36,638 bases of DNA, taken from the IMG/VR virus record IMGVR_UViG_3300038549_000053, positions 1 to 36,638 of that record. One strand, 5' to 3'. The notes beneath the pieces were generated by a model that was not told the DNA's origin, did no database searches, and saw only the letters and a list, made by a program, of their open reading frames with translations. This DNA is from a virus. Taxonomy: Duplodnaviria > Caudoviricetes. Positions 7,875 through 16,274 of the stretch are shown piece after piece (position 1 is the first letter of the stretch; each line of letters opens with the position of its first letter). The translations under genes and the position numbers were made by a program.

Positions 7875-8258
7875 TAGCTCACAAACCGAATAACCATTCT
7901 CCGTTACGGCAAACCATGCTTAAGCACGGTGCGACATTCAGTTAACCCTAAACCCGATTACCTGCACCTGCACCGCAGGGACGCGCATCGTTTACCAGCC
8001 CATCCGTATCGTGGATCAATCGCCTACCCCACCGTTGCATCCTGCCGGCCGTGGTCGCCGTGTTAACCGTTCGCGTGCGTTGTTTGGGCTGTATATGGTT
8101 GCCGTCGCGCCTACTGGCAAACCGGGGCGGGTCACCCCCGATCGTTCCGCTTCACGGCGTCGGATAGGCCGGTGTTTGCTCGCCTGTCGGCCCATGCAGG
8201 CCCAAGAGCTTTTAACGTTGGGCGTCAACGGACAACACTACGCGCTGTAGTGCTGTCA
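7875..8258 (-). ncRNA. Candidate structured non-coding RNA or origin region
   Basis: About 380 nt without a credible ORF, own upstream promoter, at least seven helices seen by eye. Confidence 0.4.
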
Positions 8259-8264
8259 AACGCG

Positions 8265-8292
8265 ATAATAGGCGGGGAACGGAAAAAGTCAA
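8265..8292 (-). promoter_or_regulatory. Sigma70-like promoter
   Basis: TTGACT-16 nt-TATTAT on the minus strand. Confidence 0.55.
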
Positions 8293-8304
8293 CCGGCTCT
8301 AATG

Positions 8305-8583
8305 TCAGTAACAAACTTCCCGCCATACGTAGCGACGGATGGCGTAGTCATAGACCTGTTGCGGGACGCACCGGCTGGTGCCGATGGGGGGAACCTGTGG
8401 CGTTGGGATTGGGGCGATTGACGGCGGCGGCAACGGGCAAAGCTGCGCACCGCACAGCGGCGGAATGTCGAGGCTGTTGCTGCACAACGGTCGCGCGATG
8501 CCATTGACACACGCGCAATAACAATCGGCCTCGGCCGCAAAAGAAATACCGAACACAACGATGCCAAATAGCCACTTTTTCAT
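8305..8583 (-). CDS. Secreted Cys/Pro-rich small protein
   Basis: Signal peptide ending AEA; 8 Cys; GGAGG RBS. Confidence 0.75.
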   Translation of the reverse strand: MKKWLFGIVVFGISFAAEADCYCACVNGIARPLCSNSLDIPPLCGAQLCPLPPPSIAPIPTPQVPPIGTSRCVPQQVYDYAIRRYVWREVCY

Positions 8584-8586
8584 TTG

Positions 8587-9318
8587 CTATCCTCCGTCTT
8601 TGCTTTTGAGTTGATCGATATGAACAGTCAGCGCTTCCTTTAACTGAGCCATCAAATGTTCCATCGAAACTTCGGTTACGTTCTTCCACTCTTCATGATG
8701 AATATCGACGGCATTCAAGATTTGCCGTCGGGTTTCGACGAATGCGTCATTGACCGTTGTAAAATATTCAGTTAGTTCTTTGTTTATATCGGCGTCGGCT
8801 TTCTGAATCTGGTCTAAGAATCGATGGCGCGCTTCGCGCAACTTGCTGTGTCCCGTGTGTTGACGAATATATTCTTGTACCTTTTGTCGCAATGTGCGTT
8901 GTCGATTCACACGCTCGTTTTCACAGCTCTCGATCAAGGTCGTCATGCCCGCCTGAAAATATAGCTGCACTGCCATCCGCACCAACAGTTTCAACGGAAA
9001 ATCGTCGAGCTTTTTGTCAACTTCTCCGACTACATGATTCTCGAACCTGCGAAATGCTTTTTGCGTGTGCTCGCGTGATTCTTGCTTCACATCTTCCAGT
9101 GTGTCGTCGAAAATGTGAAGAAGCTCGCGGCGCTCTTTTTCCATCTCGGTATCGTGCTTTTGTTCCAATGCGCGCACCAATCCGCGCCATAGCTTCATCG
9201 TTGGAAATCGCCCTTGCTTGGCCATGTCGTCTAAACGCGTGCGCGCTTCGGCCAACATGCGCGCCGTGAGCATGGCGCTGTGCTTCTTGTCGTCTACTTC
9301 CTGGGTTTTTTCGCTCAT
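8587..9318 (-). CDS. Coiled-coil hypothetical protein
   Basis: 243 aa, charged and helical; ATGA-coupled. Confidence 0.75.
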   Translation of the reverse strand: MSEKTQEVDDKKHSAMLTARMLAEARTRLDDMAKQGRFPTMKLWRGLVRALEQKHDTEMEKERRELLHIFDDTLEDVKQESREHTQKAFRRFENHVVGEVDKKLDDFPLKLLVRMAVQLYFQAGMTTLIESCENERVNRQRTLRQKVQEYIRQHTGHSKLREARHRFLDQIQKADADINKELTEYFTTVNDAFVETRRQILNAVDIHHEEWKNVTEVSMEHLMAQLKEALTVHIDQLKSKDGG

Positions 9319-9722
9319 TTGCGCTTCACCGACGCCATGATGCCGGCCTTGAATTCGCGCAACTCGTCAAGCTCGCGGCGCTCGATTTCCGATGTGATGT
9401 GATTGCGCACTTCGAGCCACGCATTCATCAACGCGTCCATCGCCTTTTCAAAATCGCGTTGCACCTTGCTCGCGCGCGGTGTCGCCGCGTCGGTGGGTTC
9501 GCGCCGGGTGTAGGCGCGCACCTTGCCAAGTTCTGCTACCGTCACTTCCCAACATTTAAGTATGCCGTTCTTGCCCGTTTCGCGAACGGTGTTGTTGGTT
9601 TTCATGTGCGTGATCGCGTTGCCGACTTGCTTCATATCCAGGCGCGTGCCTTCGCTAATATCCTTAGTAGATGCGCCGGGGTGGGCTTTGAGGTATTCGA
9701 ACACTTTTTGCTTGGGTGTCAT
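9315..9722 (-). CDS. Winged-helix DNA-binding protein
   Basis: VFEYLKAHPGASTKDISEGT...VGNAI..M...V.E.G wHTH pattern. Confidence 0.7.
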   Translation of the reverse strand: MTPKQKVFEYLKAHPGASTKDISEGTRLDMKQVGNAITHMKTNNTVRETGKNGILKCWEVTVAELGKVRAYTRREPTDAATPRASKVQRDFEKAMDALMNAWLEVRNHITSEIERRELDELREFKAGIMASVKRK

Positions 9723-10523
9723 TTAGCTAATTCTCCGTTCGATTTCTTCCCGGAATTCGCGCAGCGCTTTAAGTTCGGCTTCTTGTTCGCTCAGGATGGT
9801 AAGAACGAGGTCGGAGGCGTCGTAGACCTTCATCAAGGCGAGCACGGCTTGCGTGAGTTGATCGGTCGGCGGTGTGCGACCCATCACTTTGTCGAGCGCT
9901 GTTTGCAACGGCAGATCGATAGTAGGCGCAAGCGGTAACGGTGGATCGGTAACGGGTGGGGAATCGACGGCTTGTGAAAAGGCGCTGATCTTGTAGAAGC
10001 GCTTGTTGCCTTCCATTTCATACTCGATCAATTGCATCTTGGTTAGATCGCGACATTGCAGGTATACCACATTGATGTCCCAACCCAATGCCTCGGTGAT
10101 CGCGTCGGCGCCAATAGGCCCGCGCCGCTTGATGACATCGTAGACCGCGCCCTTTTTGCCTTTGATGATCGGCTGGCCGTCTGTGTCGAAGCTCAGTTTG
10201 CCGTTAATGCCATTGATGTGAACGCGTTCCTTGACCGTGCGCCGTGGGGCGGCGAGACGTTTGGCGTGTTCGGTGAGGAAATAGCGTGTAAGCAGTGTGC
10301 CGCGCACATCTTTGATTTGTACTTTCTCGACCATCGGGGGCTGACAGTCGCTTTGCAGATAGTGTAAAGCGCGTGCGGTGGCGGTTTGATCCAATCCGCT
10401 TTCGGCCGTGAGTTCTTGTAGATCGCGGCCGCCGTCATACAATGTTCGTATTATTCGGTTAGCGTCGGTTTGTCGATCGGTGGCGCAAGTGGTTTTAAAA
10501 ATATCTTCAATCTTTAGTTCCAT
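9723..10523 (-). CDS. Protein with two winged-helix (MarR-like) domains
   Basis: Two wHTH patterns (ELTAESGLDQTATARALHYL; ITEALGWDINVVYLQCRDL..MQLI). Confidence 0.7.
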   Translation of the reverse strand: MELKIEDIFKTTCATDRQTDANRIIRTLYDGGRDLQELTAESGLDQTATARALHYLQSDCQPPMVEKVQIKDVRGTLLTRYFLTEHAKRLAAPRRTVKERVHINGINGKLSFDTDGQPIIKGKKGAVYDVIKRRGPIGADAITEALGWDINVVYLQCRDLTKMQLIEYEMEGNKRFYKISAFSQAVDSPPVTDPPLPLAPTIDLPLQTALDKVMGRTPPTDQLTQAVLALMKVYDASDLVLTILSEQEAELKALREFREEIERRIS

Positions 10524-10758
10524 TTGCTATCGTCTCCTTTTGCGTTTGAAAAAACATTTCTTTCAATTCTCGATGCCGTTTGTATTTGCGACGGTTCGCC
10601 ACCGCCAGGATCGTGCTAAACGCGCGGCGGCTTGGACAACGAATTGCCTTTTCATAATGGGAAATCGTGGTCTGACAACAACCCAACTCTAGCGCAAATT
10701 GTCGCTGACTCATCTTGCAGTGCATCCGAAGCTTCTTTAATTCTTTGGCTAACTGCAT
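10507..10758 (-). CDS. cro: Cro-like XRE HTH regulator
   Basis: LKKLR...MSQRQFALELG..QTTISHYE; divergent from cI. Confidence 0.8.
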   Translation of the reverse strand: MQLAKELKKLRMHCKMSQRQFALELGCCQTTISHYEKAIRCPSRRAFSTILAVANRRKYKRHRELKEMFFQTQKETIANGTKD

Positions 10759-10917
10759 TGATTTTCCTTTTGTTAATCGGCATTACTACATCAAGTAGTG
10801 ATAAAATACAACCGTTCGTCCCCCGATACTTGGCAAACCACCGCGCCCGATGCTACCATTGCCTGATTACAAATAGCTATATAACTGATTCATAATACAA
10901 CAGGTTGTCATGTCACG

Positions 10918-11517
10918 ATGATACAGACATTTGGCCAACGACTCAAAAACTTACGGCAAGCTCAGGGAATGACACAGGCGCAACTAGCCGATGCGTGCGG
11001 CTGGCAACACAACTCCGACCGAGGCCAAGCACGGGTATCGCACTACGAGCTTAATCGTCGGCGACCAACGCTTGACGACGCGCAAAAACTCGCTACCCTC
11101 CTGCATACAAGTATAGATTTCCTTTTGAAAGGGAAGCACACGGAGTTTGATACGCCATGGCGGTATGTGCCCTTGCGGCCATGGAATGAACCGCACGCGA
11201 AAGTCAAAGCCAAAGGGGCGCCATTGGCAGTACCGGTGTTACCGTCGGTCAGCATAGGCATAGGCAAGGCGGCTTTTGCGATCGCCGTAAAGCGCGCCTA
11301 TGCGCCTGATTTTCATCGTGGCGATATCGTAGTGATCGATCCCGATCGCAAACCCAAGGTGGGCGATTTCGTTTTAGTGCGTAACCGTGCGCGCACCGAC
11401 ATTGCCAAGCTCGTACGCGTCGGCAAGGATTGCCAATTGCAAATGCTCAATGGCGCGCGGCTCACGACCGACCATGTTCGCTACGGCGTGATCGCCGCCC
11501 GCTTCATCCATTTCTAG
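10918..11517 (+). CDS. cI: CI-like repressor: XRE HTH plus degenerate S24 domain
   Basis: FGQRLKNLR...MTQAQLA...VSHYE..RRRP; C-terminal AFAI.V....P.F..GDIVVIDP....GDFV. Confidence 0.85.
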   Translation: MIQTFGQRLKNLRQAQGMTQAQLADACGWQHNSDRGQARVSHYELNRRRPTLDDAQKLATLLHTSIDFLLKGKHTEFDTPWRYVPLRPWNEPHAKVKAKGAPLAVPVLPSVSIGIGKAAFAIAVKRAYAPDFHRGDIVVIDPDRKPKVGDFVLVRNRARTDIAKLVRVGKDCQLQMLNGARLTTDHVRYGVIAARFIHF

Positions 11518-11523
11518 GCTCTC

Positions 11524-11554
11524 ACCGCCCCTTGCGTTTTGGGGCGGTTTTTTT
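11524..11554 (+). terminator. Intrinsic terminator after cI
   Basis: ACCGCCCC-9 nt-GGGGCGGT followed by a T run. Confidence 0.85.
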
Positions 11555-11565
11555 GGGCGACAAAT

Positions 11566-11606
11566 ACTACGCCGCGTATTGACAGCGCCGAGCGCGCGCG
11601 TACACT
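11566..11606 (+). promoter_or_regulatory. pL-like promoter with adjoining palindrome
   Basis: TTGACA(11579)-16 nt-TACACT(11601); ACTACG-CCG-CGTATT overlaps the -35. Confidence 0.7.
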
Positions 11607-11636
11607 ATTTCGTTCTCCGCACGAGGATCGTTCGAT

Positions 11637-11816
11637 ATGCGGCTGCAAGAACGTTTTCGTCAGTGGACTTACCGCCAGCGCATTAAGCATTTGCAAATGC
11701 TGGTGTCCGATCTGCGCGACTACGAGACGCAAGCGCATCGGTACTTGAACACACTACGCAGCGAAATCGAGCGCAGCGAGCGCGAATTGCAATGGCGACA
11801 AACGCAAATCCGCTAG
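11637..11816 (+). CDS. 59 aa coiled-coil protein, first gene of pL operon (not in ORF track)
   Basis: GAGGA RBS; MRLQERFRQWTYRQRIKHLQMLVSDLRDYE...QTQIR. Confidence 0.65.
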   Translation: MRLQERFRQWTYRQRIKHLQMLVSDLRDYETQAHRYLNTLRSEIERSERELQWRQTQIR

Positions 11817-12754
11817 GCTGGCAACCCTCGGCCGAATGGCGGCGGTTGCAACTCGTTACCATCGGCTCGACCGCCGCCGGTGTCATCGCCAACGAATCGC
11901 CCTACGAAAGCCCGCGCGAGTTATACGGGCGCATGATCGCGGCGCGCGACAACCGTTTAATCGACATCCCCGTAAACGATGACATGCGCCGGGGCATTTT
12001 GACCGAACCCTTGCACCGCATGCTGTTGGCCGACGAACTGCAACGCGAGATTCATCCGCACGACCAAGATCAATTCTTGACCAACGAACGATATCCGTGG
12101 GCGCACGCCCTGCCCGATGGTTGGCTGATTCACAGCGAAACCGAAATGCTCACATATCAAATTCCGGTGCAACTCAAATGCCCGCGCCCGCGCTCTTGGC
12201 ACGAAATCAAATTGAAGGGCATTCACGGGCATTGGTTGCTTGGCTCGCAACACACGCTCGCCGTCACCGACGCGCCGTTCGAGCAATTCTCCGTGCTCAA
12301 TCCCGAAACGTTTCGGGTGCTGACCTTTCCCGTTTACCGGGATGAAATCTTGATCGGCGCGCTCATGGAACGCGAGCGGCGCTTTTACGATGCCTATCTG
12401 ATCCGCGCCGAACCGCCCGAGCAAACCGAAAAACTCGAATTGCCCGCCGTGAAGGGGCAGATGATGATGCTCGACACGCCCGAAGCCCTCGACTGCGCGG
12501 GCGCCTACCGCGATGCGCTGCGGCTGGAAACCGAGGCCAAGGAACTGCGCGATCTGGCCGAAGAACGCATTAAGAAAATGATGGGCGAGTATCGCGTGAT
12601 CGAACTACCGGGGTTGCGTTGTTACAAGCAGGATTTTCCAGGGCGCGAAACCCTCGACAAGAAAAAGTTGCAAGCCGATGGCATCGATCTAACGAAGTAC
12701 ACCAAGATCGGCAAGCCCTATTCGGTCTTTCGGCCGTATCTGTTGGGCAAATGA
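11792..12754 (+). CDS. YqaJ/lambda-exonuclease family recombination nuclease
   Basis: EWRRL...IGST.A, M.RG...EP, HALPDGW, QLKCP motifs. Confidence 0.85.
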   Translation: MATNANPLGWQPSAEWRRLQLVTIGSTAAGVIANESPYESPRELYGRMIAARDNRLIDIPVNDDMRRGILTEPLHRMLLADELQREIHPHDQDQFLTNERYPWAHALPDGWLIHSETEMLTYQIPVQLKCPRPRSWHEIKLKGIHGHWLLGSQHTLAVTDAPFEQFSVLNPETFRVLTFPVYRDEILIGALMERERRFYDAYLIRAEPPEQTEKLELPAVKGQMMMLDTPEALDCAGAYRDALRLETEAKELRDLAEERIKKMMGEYRVIELPGLRCYKQDFPGRETLDKKKLQADGIDLTKYTKIGKPYSVFRPYLLGK

Positions 12755-12888
12755 TCGCAAAACTACTTGGTGTCGTGCTCACGTTGCTACCGGTCGGATT
12801 GGTAGTCGCGTTGTTTGGGTATTGGTTGGAGCGCCGTCGTCGGCGTGACTTATTGCAGGAGACCACCATCAAGGAGAAACGCAAATGA
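12751..12888 (+). CDS. 45 aa single-TM protein
   Basis: MIAKLLGVVLTLLPVGLVVALFGYWLERRRRR; ATGA-coupled at both ends. Confidence 0.6.
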   Translation: MIAKLLGVVLTLLPVGLVVALFGYWLERRRRRDLLQETTIKEKRK

Positions 12889-13664
12889 ACCGCTTCGTTT
12901 TGGTCGTAATGCTGTTGCCGCTGTTGCAAGGATGTGGATTTGAGCAAGTAGACACCGGCTATCGCGGTGTCAAGACGACGTGGGGCGAAGTGGACATGAA
13001 GGCCGGTTCATTGCCGGAAGGGCTTTATTGGTATAACCCGATCACGTCTACTATCAGCGAAATGGATACGCGCATCCAGCGCAGCGAAATGAAGGTGAAC
13101 ACCTATACCAAGGACGTGCAACAGGCCGATATCACCTTGGTCGTGAATTATCGTCTCAAGCAGGATCAAGCGCATGTCATGTTCAAGGAAGTCGGCCAAC
13201 GTTGGGACGCCGTACTAGTCCCGCAAGCCGTCGAGGGCGAGTTGAAAAAGGTCATCGGCCAATACGATGCCGTCGATCTAATTTCGAACCGTGGCAGGGC
13301 CACGGCCGATGCGCAGAATGCCATCGCCAATTCACTGGACGCGCGCAACGTGGTTGTCGATCGCGTCGAAATGGTGAATATCCAATATCTCAAGGCGTTC
13401 GAGGAATCCGTCGAGGCTAAAGTCGTCGCAACGCAGAAAGCCGTCGAAGAGGCCAACCGCACGAAGCAAGTACAGGAACAGGCTAAACAGAAAATCATCG
13501 ATGCGCAGGCCACCGCCGAATCCATGCGCATTCGGGCCAATGCACTGCAACAGAATGCGAAGCTCGTGGAGTATGAAGCCGTGCAGAAATGGGACGGCAA
13601 ATTACCGCAATATATGTTTGGTAATGCCACACCGTTCATTGATATGCGCAAAGCGCAGAACTGA
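12885..13664 (+). CDS. SPFH/band 7/prohibitin family protein, possibly a lipoprotein
   Basis: LQGC lipobox-like; V.TG.RGV...G.V, TKD.Q, F...VE.K..A.Q, KWDGKLP. Confidence 0.9.
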   Translation: MNRFVLVVMLLPLLQGCGFEQVDTGYRGVKTTWGEVDMKAGSLPEGLYWYNPITSTISEMDTRIQRSEMKVNTYTKDVQQADITLVVNYRLKQDQAHVMFKEVGQRWDAVLVPQAVEGELKKVIGQYDAVDLISNRGRATADAQNAIANSLDARNVVVDRVEMVNIQYLKAFEESVEAKVVATQKAVEEANRTKQVQEQAKQKIIDAQATAESMRIRANALQQNAKLVEYEAVQKWDGKLPQYMFGNATPFIDMRKAQN

Positions 13665-13684
13665 AAAGAACTAGGAGAACAAAT

Positions 13685-13897
13685 ATGAAATTATTTGAAT
13701 ACGCTTGCATCTATAACCCGCTCCCAACGAGGGAACAGCAAGAGCGCGGCGAGAAACCGAAAGCGGTTTTGATCGTGGACGTGACGCGCACGCTCGCCAA
13801 CAACGACAAAGAGGCGATGATGTTGGCGGCGCGCTCGATTCCCGACGACTACAGCGACAAGCTTGACTTGATCGAGATTGCTATCCGCCCTTTCTAG
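13685..13897 (+). CDS. Phage hypothetical protein ending RPF; probable -1 frameshift extension to 14055
   Basis: AGGAG RBS; C CCT TTC TAG slippery site followed by a stem-loop. Confidence 0.75.
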   Translation: MKLFEYACIYNPLPTREQQERGEKPKAVLIVDVTRTLANNDKEAMMLAARSIPDDYSDKLDLIEIAIRPF

Positions 13898-14067
13898 CCC
13901 CTGCCGCCGTCGAGGCGAGCCAGGGGCGACTATCCAAAGCGATGGAGCGGTACGCGTCGGAATCGGACAATGCGAGCTTTGCGGCTTGGGCAAACGACAA
14001 GCACATGATCGTTCCCAAATCGACCTACACGGTAGCGAGTACCGTACACAGATAAGAGGACTACACC

Positions 14068-14724
14068 ATGGTAGAGACTGCAATAGCAAAAAGCGAAGCG
14101 GCGAAGTCGATTATCGCCGACATGGCTGGACGCTTCGGCATGGAACGCACCGCGTTCGAGGCGACGTTGCGCAAAACCATCATGCCGCAGGCGACTGGCA
14201 ACGAACAGATCGCCGCATTTCTAATCGTCGCGCGCGAGCACGATTTGAATCCATTCACGAAAGAGATTTACGCCTTCCCGACCAAGGATGGTGGCATTCA
14301 ACCCGTGGTGCCGATCGACGGTTGGCTTAAAATCATTAACTCGCATCCGGCGTTCGACGGCATGGAAATCGAGGAACACTTTAGCGGCGACGATATGATC
14401 GCGTGGGTGCGCTGTACCATACACCGCAAGGACCGCGAGCACCCGACTAGCGTCACCGAGTATTATCCCGAGTGCGTGCGTAATACCGAACAGTGGAAGC
14501 AGAAACCGATTCGCATGTTGCGCCACAAGGCCGTCATTCAATGCGGGCGCTACGCATTCGGGTTCGCCGGCATCCTCGATCCCGACGAAGCCGAGCGCAT
14601 GATTGAAATGGGCGCGGCCGAGATTGTGCCCGCCCAGCAAGCGACCGAAAAACGCTTGAGCGACCTACGCGCCAAGCTTACCGCCGAGCCTGCTCCGGCA
14701 GCGGCGGCCGAGCCAACCGTATGA
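14068..14724 (+). CDS. bet: Phage recombination protein Bet (RecT/Red-beta family)
   Basis: FL.VA....LNPFTKEIYAFP, PVV.IDGW..I.N.HP.FDG, W...P.RMLRHKA.IQC.R.AFGF.GI.D.DE. Confidence 0.92.
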   Translation: MVETAIAKSEAAKSIIADMAGRFGMERTAFEATLRKTIMPQATGNEQIAAFLIVAREHDLNPFTKEIYAFPTKDGGIQPVVPIDGWLKIINSHPAFDGMEIEEHFSGDDMIAWVRCTIHRKDREHPTSVTEYYPECVRNTEQWKQKPIRMLRHKAVIQCGRYAFGFAGILDPDEAERMIEMGAAEIVPAQQATEKRLSDLRAKLTAEPAPAAAAEPTV

Positions 14725-14728
14725 CCCT

Positions 14729-14770
14729 ATGGACGCCAATACACGGCGTATGGACGCCAATACACGGCGT
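14729..14770 (+). repeat. Perfect 21-bp tandem duplication (MDANTRR x2)
   Basis: ATGGACGCCAATACACGGCGT twice. Confidence 0.95.
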
Positions 14771-14956
14771 ATTTGCACGCTCCGACAATTCGAGTTGGAC
14801 ACGGGCATTAGCGATCATGCCGTGCGCGCCCTGATAAGGCGAGGTAAGCTACTGAAAAATAAACACTATTTACAGAAGCAAACGCGCGGCCGCATCCTGC
14901 TCGACTATGACGCCATCGTGCAATATTTTCGCGAGGAAGTCTTTCCGTTCACTTGA
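14729..14956 (+). CDS. xis: Excisionase-like protein
   Basis: Small wHTH pattern (F...TG.S..AVR..I.RG.L....H......GRIL.D..A) directly before int. Confidence 0.7.
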   Translation: MDANTRRMDANTRRICTLRQFELDTGISDHAVRALIRRGKLLKNKHYLQKQTRGRILLDYDAIVQYFREEVFPFT

Positions 14957-14999
14957 CCGACTTGATCCCACCGTATAGGATTTGATTACACACTGTAAT
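14953..14999 (+). promoter_or_regulatory. int promoter with downstream operator
   Basis: TTGACC-17 nt-TAGGAT, then ATTACA-CAC-TGTAAT at 14985-14999. Confidence 0.6.
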
Positions 15000-15020
15000 A
15001 CTCCAAGGGGTGATAATACC

Positions 15021-16271
15021 GTGGGAAAGAAAAGCAGCACACCCGGCGTCGAGGTCCGCGCCGGCTCGATTCGAATCGTGTTCACTTGGAACGGCCAGCG
15101 CTGTAAACCTAGCCTCGGCGTGCGGGCGACGGACGAAACCATTAAGTACGCCACGCAACTGCGCACAACCATCGTCAACGCCATTGCGATCGGCAAGTTC
15201 ACGCTAGAGGACTATCAGCGCTATTTCCCGGCGAGTCCGTCGCCGCGCAAAATCAAGGTGATGCAACGCAACGCGCCAACCGTGCCGAATCTGTTGCACG
15301 AGTGGATGGCACTACAAACGCTAAAACCTTCGACCGCCAAGAGTTTCCGCGCCGCGATCAACGCCTGGACGGCCGCATGGCCGACGAAAGCCGTTGCCGA
15401 CTTGACCACTATCGACATTCGCACCGTCATTCGCCAATGGCAAAGCGCCGGCACTTTCGTTAAGACCATCCGCAACTATCTCATACCGCTACGCGGCACG
15501 CTCAACCATGCGCTTGAGAAAGACTTGATCGACACCAATCCGCTCGACCGCATTCGCGACATCAAGCCCGACGAAAGCGAGCTAATCAAGCGCGTGGCCA
15601 AGGGCGATGAAATCAGGCCCTTCAAGCTCGATGAAATCGCCAAGATTCTCAAGGCAGCTAACGATCCCGAAATCAAAGACTTCATTGAATTTTGGTTGTT
15701 CACCGGCCTGCGCGTGGGCGAGTTATTCGGGCTGGCATGGGAGTCGGTCAATCTCACACGCGGCACCGTTCACGTTTGCCGCGCCATGACAGGCGGCGTG
15801 CTTGGTACGCCCAAGGCCAATCGCCGCTCGCAGCGCTCGATCAGCCGCAGCATGCGCACCTTGCAATTGCATCCGCGTGCGCTCGCCGTGTTGCGCCGGC
15901 AAAAGGCGCGCACCTTCATGCAAGCGCCGGTTGATTGCGGCGCGCACGGTAAACTGCGCTTCGTATTCCTGCACCCGCGCAAGGGTACGCCTTGGCGCGA
16001 TGATCAAGAGTTTCGGCTTGGTTATTGGGAGGCGATCTTGCGCCGTGCCGAGATCGATTATCGCCGCCCCTACCAGCTACGGCATACGTTCGCATCGATG
16101 TGCCTGTCGTTCGGCGAACCGGAAGAGTGGATTGCCGAGCAAATGGGCCATGTCGATGTCGGCATGATCCGCCGCACCTACGGCCGCTTTATGAAGGACT
16201 ACGCGGACGCGGCCGGGCGGTCCACCGGGCAAAAGTTTCATTCGATGTTTAATGATGAAGGGATAATGTAG
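15021..16271 (+). CDS. int: Tyrosine integrase with N-terminal arm-binding (DUF3596-type) domain
   Basis: GVEVR..SIRI.F.W.G.RC; catalytic TGLR, YQLRH, MGH, RTY; GTG start after AAGGGG. Confidence 0.95.
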   Translation: MGKKSSTPGVEVRAGSIRIVFTWNGQRCKPSLGVRATDETIKYATQLRTTIVNAIAIGKFTLEDYQRYFPASPSPRKIKVMQRNAPTVPNLLHEWMALQTLKPSTAKSFRAAINAWTAAWPTKAVADLTTIDIRTVIRQWQSAGTFVKTIRNYLIPLRGTLNHALEKDLIDTNPLDRIRDIKPDESELIKRVAKGDEIRPFKLDEIAKILKAANDPEIKDFIEFWLFTGLRVGELFGLAWESVNLTRGTVHVCRAMTGGVLGTPKANRRSQRSISRSMRTLQLHPRALAVLRRQKARTFMQAPVDCGAHGKLRFVFLHPRKGTPWRDDQEFRLGYWEAILRRAEIDYRRPYQLRHTFASMCLSFGEPEEWIAEQMGHVDVGMIRRTYGRFMKDYADAAGRSTGQKFHSMFNDEGIM

Positions 16272-16274
16272 GCC

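Noticed and set aside
13878-14330. 150 aa ORF from the track
   Set aside because: Overlaps bet out of frame, no RBS, Arg-rich shadow composition
15021-16271. Integron integrase IntI
   Set aside because: Has an arm-binding N-terminal domain, an adjacent xis and an attP with arm sites; the IntI-specific insertion is not seen
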